This document shows positions 39,327-50,347 of a stretch of DNA of 64,000 nt, piece by piece. Both the position numbers and the translations under genes were made by a program. The stretch covers positions 1-64,000 of the forward strand of contig CAWKCK010000004.1 in assembly GCA_963848135.1 (NCBI GenBank), read 5' to 3'. A model generated the notes under the pieces. It was not told the DNA's origin and ran no database searches. It saw only the letters and a list, made by a program, of their open reading frames with translations. Numbering within the stretch: position 1 is the stretch's first letter; the number at the start of each line of letters is the position of its first letter. The stretch comes from an uncultured delta proteobacterium (lineage in GTDB: Bacteria; Desulfobacterota; Desulfobacteria; Desulfobacterales; SG8-13).

Positions 39327-41039
39327 TTATCCCTCATCCATAATACGCGAGGCCGGCAAGGTTACATCCGCATGACGCCAGGCTTCTTCGAATCGCGCTT
39401 CGACTGCAGCCGCTTGCTCTTTCTTGCCCTGGGCGCGAAGGCTCTGCGTGAGGCCAAATAAAGACCAGCCGTTTTCCGGGTTTTGCTGTAGATCCAGCCA
39501 GTATACGGATTCGGCTTCAGTGGGTCTGCCGGCGTCGAGCAGAACAGCACCCAGCGATTGTCGAACCGGTATATGCCAGTCCGGTGGTTCATTGTAGATC
39601 AAATTGTCTTCAAGCAATGCGCCACGATGAAGGCGGGCGATGGCCAGATCGAAGTCTCCCCGTTTCGCAGCCAGTTCTCCTGCCAGTACTTCGCTGGCGA
39701 TGTCCAAAATCGCCTTGGCACCGTTTCTGGAAAAGGTGACCCGGTAGTCCGCCAGGGATTCCTGCCCGGCGATGCGCTTGAGACTGTCGAGTTCCCGGGA
39801 GGCATCATCCAGATTGCCCCGGGCAGTGAAAGCCAGACCCCGCGCGTAGTGCCAGACGCCGGTCCAGAAAGGGCTGTCTTCCGGTGGTTGAGGTTCCTGG
39901 AGAATAACATCCCATTTCCCGAAACGTGCGTAGGCAAAGAGTGGTGCCACCAGAAACTGGTGTAGCAGCGGCACATCGCGCCAGGCACCTTCCGGAATTC
40001 TGGTTGATGCCTTAACTGCGGATTCAATGGCCATTTGGCTGCGGCCTTCCATGGTTGTCGAATCCCAGAGGAAATGAATGTTGTGGGGGTAATAGGCCAG
40101 CGGGTAAACTCCTTGTGCCCGGCATTGGGTAATGTAGCCCTCGTCAGCTATAATGGCATCTTGGTTACTTTTTGAAGCATCATTGTAACGACCGACCCGG
40201 CGGAATATGTGGGACGGCATGTGGACAAGGTGCCCGGCACCCGGTGCCAACTTCCAAAGTCGTTCGGCGCCTTTTTCGGCGATCTCAGGTTGTGCATACT
40301 CCACAATGTGGATGTAAAGGTGGATGGCACCGGGGTGATTCGGGTTTTGGGCGAGAACCGTTTCGAGAACACGCATTGCTTCCACGGTTTCCGGATATGG
40401 CTGTTTATCCCGCGACCAGTAATCCCAGGGCCGCAGATCCATAACCGCTTCGGCGTAAAGCGTTGCCGCATCGAGGTCATCCGGGTTACGATCGCTCAAA
40501 TCACGCATTGCCGTTGCATAGGCTCGGTCGAGTTCAGCTCGGTTGGGCATCGGTGAATTCGAGTATCTTTTTGCCAGGGCATCGATGTAGGCTTGCTCCT
40601 TTTCTGAGGCAGAATTTTTCAATGCAATCGCTTTTTGGATTAAATCATACGCTTTGGTTTCGGCATCAGGCGCCATTTCCATGTTGATATTGGGTCCGAG
40701 AATCAACGCCATACCCCAATATGCCATAGCGCTATTGGGATCGAGCCGCGCGACTTCGCGAAAAGATCGTTCCGCCTCGGCGTGATTAAAGCCATACGCC
40801 AGCATCATCCCTTGATCCATAAACAGCTGGGCGCGCTCAGATTCGGTTGTAACGGGGAATTTATGGTGGCCCAGGTTTTGAAGGCGAGGCGCCAGTTGCC
40901 CCGGCACCGTGGCTGATTGGGTGTCTTTCTGGGGATTCGTTTTTGCTTGCGCCAACCACATTTGGGCCGCCATTCCGATCGCAATAGCCACAAATGTCAG
41001 AAAAAATATATAGACGGTTTTAAACCTTAGGATTTTCAT
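39327..41039 (-). CDS. Secreted TPR-like conserved hypothetical protein
   Basis: Signal-like N-terminus, YGFNHAEA, HPGAIHLYIH, GHLVHMPSHIF, YNEPPDW, NGWSLFGL; GGAGGT RBS before ATG 41039. Confidence 0.75.
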   Translation of the reverse strand: MKILRFKTVYIFFLTFVAIAIGMAAQMWLAQAKTNPQKDTQSATVPGQLAPRLQNLGHHKFPVTTESERAQLFMDQGMMLAYGFNHAEAERSFREVARLDPNSAMAYWGMALILGPNINMEMAPDAETKAYDLIQKAIALKNSASEKEQAYIDALAKRYSNSPMPNRAELDRAYATAMRDLSDRNPDDLDAATLYAEAVMDLRPWDYWSRDKQPYPETVEAMRVLETVLAQNPNHPGAIHLYIHIVEYAQPEIAEKGAERLWKLAPGAGHLVHMPSHIFRRVGRYNDASKSNQDAIIADEGYITQCRAQGVYPLAYYPHNIHFLWDSTTMEGRSQMAIESAVKASTRIPEGAWRDVPLLHQFLVAPLFAYARFGKWDVILQEPQPPEDSPFWTGVWHYARGLAFTARGNLDDASRELDSLKRIAGQESLADYRVTFSRNGAKAILDIASEVLAGELAAKRGDFDLAIARLHRGALLEDNLIYNEPPDWHIPVRQSLGAVLLDAGRPTEAESVYWLDLQQNPENGWSLFGLTQSLRAQGKKEQAAAVEARFEEAWRHADVTLPASRIMDEG

Positions 41040-41499
41040 GTTCACACCTCCGGTTGCTTCTGTTTCAAAAAATGATAGGCTACCGTATTGACCTTCACGG
41101 TAGAGTTTTGACAGTTTGAAGATTTCGGATGCAGGCAGGTGGCTGAAAGAGTCCTGAGAGAACTTTTGGAAGATTAGGCCGAGACAGGTGAGCAACCGCT
41201 CAGCATGGCTGAATGGAATGAGCTGGTTGACTTTCCCCACGAAGGGGCGGTACCGCATCCACGGTTATAGAATAGTACCACTTTGTAGCAAATCAAGATA
41301 CCATTGAACAAGTTAGCCTCATTCTGTTATGAGTGTTTTGTGATGCCAGCAGGGAAGGGTACCTGATCTCAGAACTTGAAAATTTATTTAAAGGTTCAGG
41401 AATATGTGTCACCAGTGATTCGGGCATGAAGCCGGTGCGGCTAATATAAAGATATGGCCATGTGATTGTGTGAAAATCTGATTCAAGGAGAATAGGTAA

Positions 41500-42291
41500 A
41501 TGGGCGCTTTTTGCAGATACATGATGATTGCATGTTGTCTTTTTGCGGCCTTGGCCGCCGGTTGTGCCGGCCCGGAACAGTTAGAGAAACCGTCGCAAAC
41601 CATACCGCCGGATGAGAGCATCCTGAGGGTCGGTGTTTCTGTGAAAGCACCGCCGCTGGTCTTCAAAGACAACCAGCAGATCGTCGGGCTCGAAGCCGAT
41701 TTTGCGCGCGAACTGGCGGATTACCTCGGAAAGAAGCTGGTATTTGTCGAGTTGGAATGGAAGGACCAGATCCCAGCTCTATTGGACAACCGCATCGATA
41801 TCATCATGTCCGGCATGACGATCACCGAAGAGCGCATGATGCGCATTAGCTTCTCTGATCCCTATTTTGTCAGCGGGCAAATGGCCATGATCCGCAGCGT
41901 GGATGTATTAAGATTTGTCACCATGCGGCAGGATGGACGATTCGGTTACGTCAGGCGCACAACCGGAGAGGATTTTATCAAGAAATATTTTCCCAGTGTG
42001 CCAAAGAGCGGCTTTGCCATTTCCGAAGACGGTGTCAAAGCGCTGATCGATAAAAGGATCGATGTTTTGGTTCATGATGGTCCGATAATTCTGTACCTGG
42101 CATCCAAGTATGCAGCAGAAGGCGTCACGCCAGTTTATAATGTTTTTACCGAGGAATATCTTGCTTGGGGTATCCGGCGGGAAAATGTGGAATTAAGGGA
42201 AAACGCCAACAGTTTTCTTGAATCAATCAAAAAAGACGGTCAACTGGACGCCATTATTGAGAAATGGATTCCGCTGGTTAAGAAGAGATAG
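41500..42291 (+). CDS. Polar amino-acid ABC-type substrate-binding lipoprotein (orphan)
   Basis: Lipobox AAGC, IDIIMSGMTITEER, FSDPYF. Confidence 0.85.
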   Translation: MGAFCRYMMIACCLFAALAAGCAGPEQLEKPSQTIPPDESILRVGVSVKAPPLVFKDNQQIVGLEADFARELADYLGKKLVFVELEWKDQIPALLDNRIDIIMSGMTITEERMMRISFSDPYFVSGQMAMIRSVDVLRFVTMRQDGRFGYVRRTTGEDFIKKYFPSVPKSGFAISEDGVKALIDKRIDVLVHDGPIILYLASKYAAEGVTPVYNVFTEEYLAWGIRRENVELRENANSFLESIKKDGQLDAIIEKWIPLVKKR

Positions 42292-42349
42292 TTCTTTTTG
42301 GCACCACGCGGATGGAGTATAGCCGTTCAAGTTCTGTGATCGGCAGCGT

Positions 42350-43492
42350 CTATTTTAATAGCGATTTTGCCACAATCGTTTTTTCGATTTCTTTCGTACC
42401 CTCATATATTTCCAGGATCTTGGCATCCCGGTAAAGCCGCTGGACTTTGTATTCATCGATGTATCCATATCCGCCATGAAGCTGAAGGGCCTCGTCGGCG
42501 CTGTCCACGGCCACTTTGCCTGAAAACCATTTGGCCATGGCCACCAACGAATGGTCGAGTTTTCCCTTGTCGGCCAAACTGGCGGCTTCGTAGTACAGAT
42601 TTCTTGCGGCACGGATGCGGGTGGCCATTTCGGCCAGCTTGAACTGCGTTACCTGAAATGCGGCCAGTGGCTTGCCGAATTGGTGACGGCCCTTGGTGTG
42701 ACGAATGGCTTCTTCCAGGGCCCCCCGCGCCAAACCGACCGCCTGGGCACAGACATGCAGGCGTGTGCGGTTGAAAAATTCCATTAGCTGATAGAATCCC
42801 TCGCCTGACTTACCCACCAGATTGGCCTGCGGTACCCGAACATCTTTTAGCACGAGTTCTGCGGTATCCGAGGCGCGGATGCCCAATTTGCCCTTGATCT
42901 TGACTGCTCTGAATCCCGATGTGTCGGTCGGTACGAGGATAAAGCTGTGGCGTCGATGTGGGGATTCATTGGTCGGGTCGGTTTGGCAGAACATCAGCAT
43001 GTAGTTGGCGACGGTGCCGTTGGTGGCAAACATCTTTGTGCCATTGATGACCCAGGAGTCGCCGCTATTGGCGGCGGTGGTGACGGCACCGGTGACATCA
43101 CAACCGGCATCCGGTTCGGTGATGGCCGTTCCCATAATGGCATCGCCGGATACCAGTCGGGGAAGCACCGTCTCTTTCTGATTTTCGGTCCCGTACAGGG
43201 AGAGCAATTCGGAACCGAAAGTTGTGGACAGAATGGCACTGCCGATACCCGGATCGACGGCCCAGAATTCCTCGTTCAGCAGGCAGTGCTCGAAAAATCC
43301 GTAACCTGCGCCGCCGTATTTTTCATCGATGAAAACCCCCACGAAGCCGAGTTCGCAGGCTTTCTTCCATAGGGTGTAATCGAAAGTTTCATTCCGGTCG
43401 AATTCCACGGCCCGATTGGGAAATTCCCCCAGTGCGAATTTGCGGGCCGCCTTAACGATGTCCTGCTGTTCTTTTGTCAGACTGAAATCCAT
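42350..43492 (-). CDS. Acyl-CoA dehydrogenase
   Basis: AITEPDAGCD, NGTKMFATNG, KLGIRASDT, RHQFGK, QLHGGYGY, EIYEGTKE. Confidence 0.92.
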   Translation of the reverse strand: MDFSLTKEQQDIVKAARKFALGEFPNRAVEFDRNETFDYTLWKKACELGFVGVFIDEKYGGAGYGFFEHCLLNEEFWAVDPGIGSAILSTTFGSELLSLYGTENQKETVLPRLVSGDAIMGTAITEPDAGCDVTGAVTTAANSGDSWVINGTKMFATNGTVANYMLMFCQTDPTNESPHRRHSFILVPTDTSGFRAVKIKGKLGIRASDTAELVLKDVRVPQANLVGKSGEGFYQLMEFFNRTRLHVCAQAVGLARGALEEAIRHTKGRHQFGKPLAAFQVTQFKLAEMATRIRAARNLYYEAASLADKGKLDHSLVAMAKWFSGKVAVDSADEALQLHGGYGYIDEYKVQRLYRDAKILEIYEGTKEIEKTIVAKSLLK

Positions 43493-43529
43493 TTTGTATT
43501 CCTCCTGCGATCGCCCCATTTCTCCCGCA

Positions 43530-45176
43530 TCAAGTTTCTTTACGGCGTTGTTCTTCGTCCCGGATTTCGCGCCGGAGGAGTTTGCCGACTTTCGATTTGG
43601 GAAGCATGTCGCGGAACTCGATATACTGGGGGACTTTGTAGGCGGCCAGCATTTTCCGACACCACTTGATCAGCTCGTAGCCGGTGATTCCTTTGATGTC
43701 GCCTTTCAAGACGACAAAGGCCTTAATCCGCTGGCCCACATTTTCATCCGGGATGCCGACAACGCAGGCGTTGATCACCGCCGGGTGTTCCTGAATGACC
43801 GATTCGATTTCAGATGCCGAAACACGGTAGCCTTTGTGCTTGATGGTGTCGATGGTCCGGTCGACGAAATAGAGATTGCCGTCCGTATCCATGCGCATGA
43901 TGTCAGCCGTGCGGTACCAGAGGCGGCCATTCAATTCGATGAATGACGAGCGGGTCTCTTCAGGTTTTTTCAAATAGGTGGTCACCATGTGGGGTGATGA
44001 GACCAGAAGTTCTCCTGGTTCCCCCGGTTTGACCGGTTCCAGCAACGTCGGATCGACGATTTTTACCTTTTTACTGGCCACGATGCGCCCGACGCTGCGC
44101 GGTGGGTTATCGGTGTCGGTGGGGCACATGGAGACGCCACCACAGGTTTCCGTGGCGCCATATCCCTGATAGATCGGTTTGCCGAATATATCCTTCCAAC
44201 GATTGCCGACTTCCACTGGCAGGACGTCTCCGGCGCTGTACCAGTAGTCAACCGACTGCAGATCGTACTGGTCAAGACGGTCATGTTCCAGGATCATTCG
44301 GTAGAGGGCCGGGACGCCGATCATGGTTCGGGCTCTGAAGCGTTGGATGGCATCGAAGGTGGCATCCAAATTGATCCTGGGTTGCACCATGAGCGTCCCG
44401 CCCACCAGGAGGGTGGCCAGACTGCAGGTTTGTCCCAGGATGTGGAACAGAGGGGCGTTGCCCATGACAACGTTCTCTTCCGGCGCAAAAAGTGGCGTGC
44501 TGACCCGTATCTGTTCGAAGGCCGAAACGAGAAAAAGATCGTGGGAAAAAGGAACGCCCTTGGGAAACTTGGTGGTACCGCCGGTGTAAAGTATTTCCGC
44601 CGGGTGGTTGCCTTCGGCTGGCGGTGACTTGTCGACCGACGGTGATCGATTCGATCGGATCAGTTTTCGGAATGAATAGACATTCGATGCGTAGCTGACG
44701 GTACCACGGGGAACGACATTGAACAGGTATCCGAAACCGCGTTTCCACCAGGGGAGAAGATCGGCCATCTTGACGATGATCACACGCTGCAGCGGGGTGT
44801 CGTCGAAAACTTTACGTACATACCCATAGTTTGTGTCGGCGCATATAATGGTTTCGGCATCGCTGTCAGTGGCGATGTACTTCAGGTCATGGGGGGTGTA
44901 GATCGGTGTGATGGGAACACTGACCCCGCCCGCCCGAAGAATTCCCAGCCAAGCGACGACCCACTGGATGCTGTTGGGAATGTAAAGCATAGTTTTGCGG
45001 CCGTTGCCGGCATTCATGTCAATTAGTGCGGCAGCCAAGCGCTCTGCCATGTCCGCTACGCGTCGGTAAGTGAAGCGGTTGCCGAGGTAAATGACGGCCG
45101 TATGCGAGGCGCGAGTTTCGGCGGTCGATTTGAACGCCTGATAGATATGATTGAACTTTTGTGATTCCATACGCAT
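43530..45176 (-). CDS. AMP-forming acyl-CoA synthetase (carboxylate--CoA ligase)
   Basis: YTGGTTKFPKG, QGYGATE, YRTAD, LPKSKVGK. Confidence 0.9.
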   Translation of the reverse strand: MRMESQKFNHIYQAFKSTAETRASHTAVIYLGNRFTYRRVADMAERLAAALIDMNAGNGRKTMLYIPNSIQWVVAWLGILRAGGVSVPITPIYTPHDLKYIATDSDAETIICADTNYGYVRKVFDDTPLQRVIIVKMADLLPWWKRGFGYLFNVVPRGTVSYASNVYSFRKLIRSNRSPSVDKSPPAEGNHPAEILYTGGTTKFPKGVPFSHDLFLVSAFEQIRVSTPLFAPEENVVMGNAPLFHILGQTCSLATLLVGGTLMVQPRINLDATFDAIQRFRARTMIGVPALYRMILEHDRLDQYDLQSVDYWYSAGDVLPVEVGNRWKDIFGKPIYQGYGATETCGGVSMCPTDTDNPPRSVGRIVASKKVKIVDPTLLEPVKPGEPGELLVSSPHMVTTYLKKPEETRSSFIELNGRLWYRTADIMRMDTDGNLYFVDRTIDTIKHKGYRVSASEIESVIQEHPAVINACVVGIPDENVGQRIKAFVVLKGDIKGITGYELIKWCRKMLAAYKVPQYIEFRDMLPKSKVGKLLRREIRDEEQRRKET

Positions 45177-45254
45177 TATCGCTTGTCCGCTGCATTCGTA
45201 TCGTGAGAAAGACGGGGAAATAACATACGAATAGACAGACGATCGGCTAAGGCA

Positions 45255-46001
45255 TTACACCCCGAAATAGGCCGATTTTACTTCCGGGTTGGCCATCAAT
45301 TCCCGGCCGGTGTCCGTCAGGGTCAACATGCCGTTTTCGATGACATAGCCGCGGTCGATAACCGGCAGTACCGGTCGGGCAAACTGCTCGCTCAGAACGA
45401 CAGTGATCCCGGCCGTGTCCCGCAGCGCAACGATGGCATTGACCACCGTCTGCTGAATCATCGGGCTCAATCCCAACAGCGGTTCATCCAGTAAAAGCAG
45501 TTCAGGGCCAACCACAAGGGCCATGCCGATGGCGAGCATTTGTTGCTCGCCACCGCTGAGAAATCCGGCTTTGCGGGATTTCAAATTCATTAAAACCGGA
45601 AACAGGTCAAAGACACGATCAATGGCAGCTTTCGTTTCCAGTTTCGTCCGCAGGTACCCGGCGATCTTCAGATTTTCCAGAACACTGCTTTCCGGGAACA
45701 CCGGGTGGCGTTCCCGGGAGAGGACAATTCCCTTTTTCACGCGCTCGCTCGGTTTCAAGTTGGTGATGTTTTCTTCTTTGTATAGTATATCCCCATAGAC
45801 AGTGATCCGTTCGCCACCCTTGCGGAGTTCCTTGATGCGCATGTCGATGATCAAGCCAGAGAGGGCGTTCATCAGAGTGGTTTTTCCGGCGCTGTTCGAG
45901 CCAATCACACCAATGATCTCTCCCTGTTGGACCGCCATTGAGAAATCATTGAGCGCCAGGGCGTTTTCAAAGAAAACCATGAGGTTTTTTACTTGAAGCA
46001 T
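45255..46001 (-). CDS. HAAT-family ABC ATP-binding protein (LivF-like)
   Basis: GSNSAGKTT, LSGGEQQM, LDEPLLGL. Confidence 0.88.
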   Translation of the reverse strand: MLQVKNLMVFFENALALNDFSMAVQQGEIIGVIGSNSAGKTTLMNALSGLIIDMRIKELRKGGERITVYGDILYKEENITNLKPSERVKKGIVLSRERHPVFPESSVLENLKIAGYLRTKLETKAAIDRVFDLFPVLMNLKSRKAGFLSGGEQQMLAIGMALVVGPELLLLDEPLLGLSPMIQQTVVNAIVALRDTAGITVVLSEQFARPVLPVIDRGYVIENGMLTLTDTGRELMANPEVKSAYFGV

Positions 46002-46107
46002 ATTTTTCTAATGGCTGTAATTTTGAACCAGAGTCATTGATTGATCACAGAGGGGGCAGCAACTGTGTATGATGTACTATTGTTCTCAGGGCCTCTCTTC
46101 ATTCCAT

Positions 46108-46140
46108 CCCGCAACTCGCAACCCGCACCCCGTAACCCGC
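46108..46140. repeat. Degenerate heptamer tandem repeat (CCCGCAA, ~5 copies)
   Basis: cccgcaa-ctcgcaa-cccgcac-cccgtaa-cccgc between the livG-like and livF-like genes. Confidence 0.7.
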
Positions 46141-46143
46141 TCT

Positions 46144-46893
46144 TTACTCGCTTCCTAGATAAGCGTTTTTCACCGCCGCACTATCCATAACGTCCGCGGC
46201 GGTGCCGTCGGCGATTTTCTGACCGAAGTTGAGCACGATCACGCGATCGGCTATTCGGAAAAGCTCTTTCAGACGGTGCTCGATCATGATGATCGTTTTG
46301 CCCTCTATACGTAATTTTTCGATAATGGGCAGGATGCTGGCGACCTCGGCCAGGCTCAGGCCCGAGAAAAGCTCGTCCAGAATCACCAAGTCTGGTTGTA
46401 ACGCAATGGCCTTGGCCAATTCCAGGCGTTTTAAATACCCTTGGGGTAGCACGCTGGCGACCTTATAGGCCACGCGGGCGTCCCGCTCAAAGCCGACCTC
46501 TTCCAATAAGTCGAGCGCAACCGCATCCCTGTCGCCATATTTACCCCCGACCAGTTTTTTAACCCGGGGCGAATACAAGGGTATGATCATATTTTTGTAG
46601 GCCGGCAGTTGATAGAAGGGCTTGACCATCTGAAATGTCCGGGCGATACCGATCCGCACAGTTTTGTAGGCCGGTTGCCCGGTGATGTCCTGTCCCTTGA
46701 AGAGCACCTTACCACTCGAGGGTTTGACGAAACCGGTGATCAGGTTGACGGCCGTTGTTTTTCCCGAGCCGTTAGGACCGATAATCCCAAGGAGTTCGCC
46801 CGGGGCGAGTTCGAAAGTCAAATCGCTGATGGCCTGTACTCCCCCGAAATTCTTGTGCAGACCGGTAACGTCGAGGAGAGGCGCGGTTGTCAT
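46144..46893 (-). CDS. HAAT-family ABC ATP-binding protein (LivG-like)
   Basis: GPNGSGKTT, GIARTFQ, LDELFSGL, AYLG. Confidence 0.88.
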   Translation of the reverse strand: MTTAPLLDVTGLHKNFGGVQAISDLTFELAPGELLGIIGPNGSGKTTAVNLITGFVKPSSGKVLFKGQDITGQPAYKTVRIGIARTFQMVKPFYQLPAYKNMIIPLYSPRVKKLVGGKYGDRDAVALDLLEEVGFERDARVAYKVASVLPQGYLKRLELAKAIALQPDLVILDELFSGLSLAEVASILPIIEKLRIEGKTIIMIEHRLKELFRIADRVIVLNFGQKIADGTAADVMDSAAVKNAYLGSE

Positions 46894-47894
46894 TGATCCA
46901 CCTCCACCCAGCGCTCGAACTGGTGATACTTGCGTTGAAAAAAATGAAAAATTCCTTCGGGCAGGGCGACGATAAATATCACTAAGAAAACACCGTAGAA
47001 CACGATACGCAGTCCGCCGGCGCCACGCAGGAGTTCTGAAAGCGGTACCAGGATAAAAGCGCCCAGGGTGGCACCGGCCAGGGATCCGGGACCGCCGACC
47101 ACAGCGGCGGCTATCGGTAATATCGAATAGTCGAGCGCGAACACGGGCATACCGACAAACATGTATACATGGGTCAAAAATGCACCGGCGAAGGCGCCGA
47201 TGGCGCTCGCGATCAGCAGTGCCTGGGTTTTGTACCAGTATATGTTGATACCGGCATTGAGGACCGAGCGGTCGTTGTCGCGGATGCCCTTAAGGACCAG
47301 GCCGTAATCGGCGCTCAGCATGCGACGGAACCCGAACAGGGCCACCAGCATGGCACCGATGATCACATACAGCTCCAGCCATTTGGACGGAATTGGGGTC
47401 ATTCCGGTCAGGCCTTCGGTTCCACCGAAAATGCGCGTGGCCTCAATCAATCGTACCAGCATCAGCGGCAGGATCAACGTCACCATGGAAAAATAGATCC
47501 CCCTGAGGCGTAGAACCGGCAGCAGTAGCGCCGTGCAAATCAATCCTCCGCCCACCGCAGCTATCGGTATCGTCACCACCGGTGGCATCTCCCAATAGTG
47601 GTTGAGGATGCCCGTGATGTAGGCGCCCATGCCGAAAAAGAGTGCTTGCCCCAAGGATATCATACCTGTCTGGGCCAGAATGTCCCAACTGATAGCCAGC
47701 AGGGCGAATACGGCCACCGAGAGCAGGACTTTCTGCCAGTAGGTGCCCAGCACCAGAGGCAGTAAAAGGCAAATCAAGACCGGAAGAAACCGCGGGCCGG
47801 CGAGATAGAGCATTTCGCGCCAGCCGCACAAGGCGAACACGTCGCCGGATCTGACGTTGATTCCACGGTCAATGCGTTCCTTGCGCTTGGGCAC
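46890..47894 (-). CDS. HAAT-family ABC permease (LivM-like)
   Basis: SLGQALFFGMGAY, LRLRGIYF, VVGGPGS; probable GTG start at 47894. Confidence 0.85.
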   Translation of the reverse strand: MPKRKERIDRGINVRSGDVFALCGWREMLYLAGPRFLPVLICLLLPLVLGTYWQKVLLSVAVFALLAISWDILAQTGMISLGQALFFGMGAYITGILNHYWEMPPVVTIPIAAVGGGLICTALLLPVLRLRGIYFSMVTLILPLMLVRLIEATRIFGGTEGLTGMTPIPSKWLELYVIIGAMLVALFGFRRMLSADYGLVLKGIRDNDRSVLNAGINIYWYKTQALLIASAIGAFAGAFLTHVYMFVGMPVFALDYSILPIAAAVVGGPGSLAGATLGAFILVPLSELLRGAGGLRIVFYGVFLVIFIVALPEGIFHFFQRKYHQFERWVEVDQ

Positions 47895-47898
47895 GCTC

Positions 47899-48771
47899 TT
47901 AAATCCTTTCTTCCAGTTCCTTTTGATCACCGAACAGTCCGGACGGTTTGACGGCGAGAACGACAAGTATGGCGGCCAGGCTGACGATCATCGTCCAATG
48001 GGAACTTACATAGGTGTCGGTGAACCGTTCGGCAAAACCGATCAGAAAACTGGCTGCCAGAACGCCCCCCGTACTGCCCAACCCGCCGATAATGCACACG
48101 GCCAGGGCTTTGATCAGCACGTCGTATCCTTCAGCGGGCGCAATGCTGCCGAGTGGGATAATTATCGTTGCGGCAAACGCGGCCATTCCGGCGCCCATGG
48201 CGACACTCAGCAGGGCAATTCGGTCAGAATCGATACCGAGCGTCAGGGCGGTGCGTTCGTCCTGGGCGATTCCGCGAAACGCCAACCCCAGCCGAGTGTG
48301 ATGCGTAAACCACCAGAGCAAGAAAATGACCGCCGTGCCGATGATGACGATCAACAGGCGTTGCATATCGATGTAGACACCGGCAATGATAATGCTGTCG
48401 TCTATGAAGACCGGAAGGGTATATTCGAATCCGACAAAACCGAGGTAACGGAAGATTTCCAGTATCGCCAGCCCAATGCCAAATGTGGCGATGACTTCCG
48501 ATAGTGCTTGGCCCCGAACGCGCAGCAGGACAAACCGGTACATGGCCGCTCCGACCAGCATGGTCAACAGGACGGAGAACACGGCGGCAACGGGGTAGGG
48601 CAGTCCCGCCAGATTAAGACCCATCCAAGTGGTGTAGGCTGAAAAGATATACAGTGCGCCGTAGGCAAAGTTGGCCACTCCGCTGATGCCAAAGGTCAGG
48701 TTAAACCCGATGGCCATCAATGCCAGGATAACGGAATTGATGATGGCGTAAATAACGGTACCCAGGAACAT
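47899..48771 (-). CDS. HAAT-family ABC permease (LivH-like)
   Basis: GFNLTFGISGVANFAYG, IIGGLGS, KPSGLFG. Confidence 0.88.
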   Translation of the reverse strand: MFLGTVIYAIINSVILALMAIGFNLTFGISGVANFAYGALYIFSAYTTWMGLNLAGLPYPVAAVFSVLLTMLVGAAMYRFVLLRVRGQALSEVIATFGIGLAILEIFRYLGFVGFEYTLPVFIDDSIIIAGVYIDMQRLLIVIIGTAVIFLLWWFTHHTRLGLAFRGIAQDERTALTLGIDSDRIALLSVAMGAGMAAFAATIIIPLGSIAPAEGYDVLIKALAVCIIGGLGSTGGVLAASFLIGFAERFTDTYVSSHWTMIVSLAAILVVLAVKPSGLFGDQKELEERI

Positions 48772-48920
48772 GAGTGCAGCAGTCGTCGTAAGTGTATGGG
48801 TTCAGGTTAGCGATCGTCTTCGCGCGGATTGTCCGTGGTAGGGTCAAAAGTGTGCTATCCGCGGTGGCCGTCCGTTATTCCTGGCCGGGTGTACAACCGC
48901 AAATGACAGGGCTACGGGTG

Positions 48921-50195
48921 TCATTTCAACGATTTGAGTCCGGCAGGCAGTGTTATTTTGCCTTCGGCGATGGATTCCGGGAACACGATGACGCGTTGCC
49001 CGCTGTCGGTCCACTGAAAAACAGCGGCCACAGCCGTTTCTGCAGGGTCAAAACCGTACACGGCTTGATGCCCTTCATCATAGCGGATACGGCCCATGAC
49101 GCCGTTGCGGTCCGTTTTTTCAATAGCTGCGACAAGGGCATCGGGATCGATGCTGCCGGCACGTTCGATGGCCTCTGCCAGGATGTAGACAGATTCGTAT
49201 GACGGCGCGGGACCGTGGCCGGCCTGCAGCGGTTTTTTGTAGGTCTTTTTATAAGCATCGTCGAATTTGACAGAGGCTGGAACTTTGTCGCTGGCGATGG
49301 CGCTGCCGAGTTCGAAGATGCTGTTCATGGCGCCACCGATTTTCTTGTCGAAGGTCTTCCAGGCGTCGGATCCGGCTAACGGCGAGATGAACCCGGCCAT
49401 AATGGCGGGTACTTTCATTGCCTTCCACTGTTTGACCAGGATGCCACTCTGGGGCATGTCGAAAATCGGCATTATCACCTGGGCGCCACTGGCGCGGGCT
49501 TTCATCAATGCGGAAGAAAAATCGGATGTGCCGGTGGGGTAGGCCTCTTCTCCCACAACCGTCCAGCCGGCCTTGTCAAAGTACATCTTTTTCACAAACC
49601 CCGCCGTTGCCCGGGCCCAGGCCACATCCTGATACAGCACATAGACTTTGTTGAACCCGTATTCCTTGTTGATCAGCCCCATGGTTCCCGCCAGGTATTT
49701 GACCAAATGGACGGCATTCAGGCAGGTCCTGAAAATGTATTTGTATTTGTCCGGATCTTCTTTGAGCTTTTTTTCCGACCCAGGGCTCATGGCAATGGTG
49801 CCGAGCATGGGGACCTTATATTTGGCAATGATGTCCATTCCGGCCATCAATGCTTCGGAACGGAAAGGACCGATCACGATGGCGGCCGGTTTCTTTTCGA
49901 GAATGATTTTTTCAATACCGAGCAGGGCTTCCGGCACCGGCACCCCGGGCGCCGCATCGCGGATGTCGATGGCGGCGACTTGCAGGGGGCGCATCTCGCT
50001 CCCCACCTTGACCCCGCCTTTGGCATTGATCTCACTGACAGCCATTTGCACGGCCTTGTGAGACTCTTTGCCCTCCAGGAATCCCAGTGACGTGGGAACG
50101 GCGATGATGATCGGTTCTGCAGCAAAGAGATCCGCCGCGGGAGAGTGGAAACCAAAAAGCACGATGGCCAGAAAACAAATCGTTAGTCTTCTCAT
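48921..50195 (-). CDS. HAAT-family ABC substrate-binding protein (organic/aromatic acid ligand possible)
   Basis: Signal peptide, EINAKGGV, YIFRT, LAEAIERAGS; AGGAG RBS. Confidence 0.85.
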   Translation of the reverse strand: MRRLTICFLAIVLFGFHSPAADLFAAEPIIIAVPTSLGFLEGKESHKAVQMAVSEINAKGGVKVGSEMRPLQVAAIDIRDAAPGVPVPEALLGIEKIILEKKPAAIVIGPFRSEALMAGMDIIAKYKVPMLGTIAMSPGSEKKLKEDPDKYKYIFRTCLNAVHLVKYLAGTMGLINKEYGFNKVYVLYQDVAWARATAGFVKKMYFDKAGWTVVGEEAYPTGTSDFSSALMKARASGAQVIMPIFDMPQSGILVKQWKAMKVPAIMAGFISPLAGSDAWKTFDKKIGGAMNSIFELGSAIASDKVPASVKFDDAYKKTYKKPLQAGHGPAPSYESVYILAEAIERAGSIDPDALVAAIEKTDRNGVMGRIRYDEGHQAVYGFDPAETAVAAVFQWTDSGQRVIVFPESIAEGKITLPAGLKSLK

Positions 50196-50347
50196 GTCGG
50201 GTCTCCTCGAGAGGTGCCCAAGGTCAGGCGGTTGAAATTGAATATGATTCATAATATGATGGCTATACAGCTAAAATGTAGCTATATGACTATCCGGGGG
50301 ATGTCAAGCAAATTTTGATGTAACAGCGTGGTATATTAAATAGCCGG

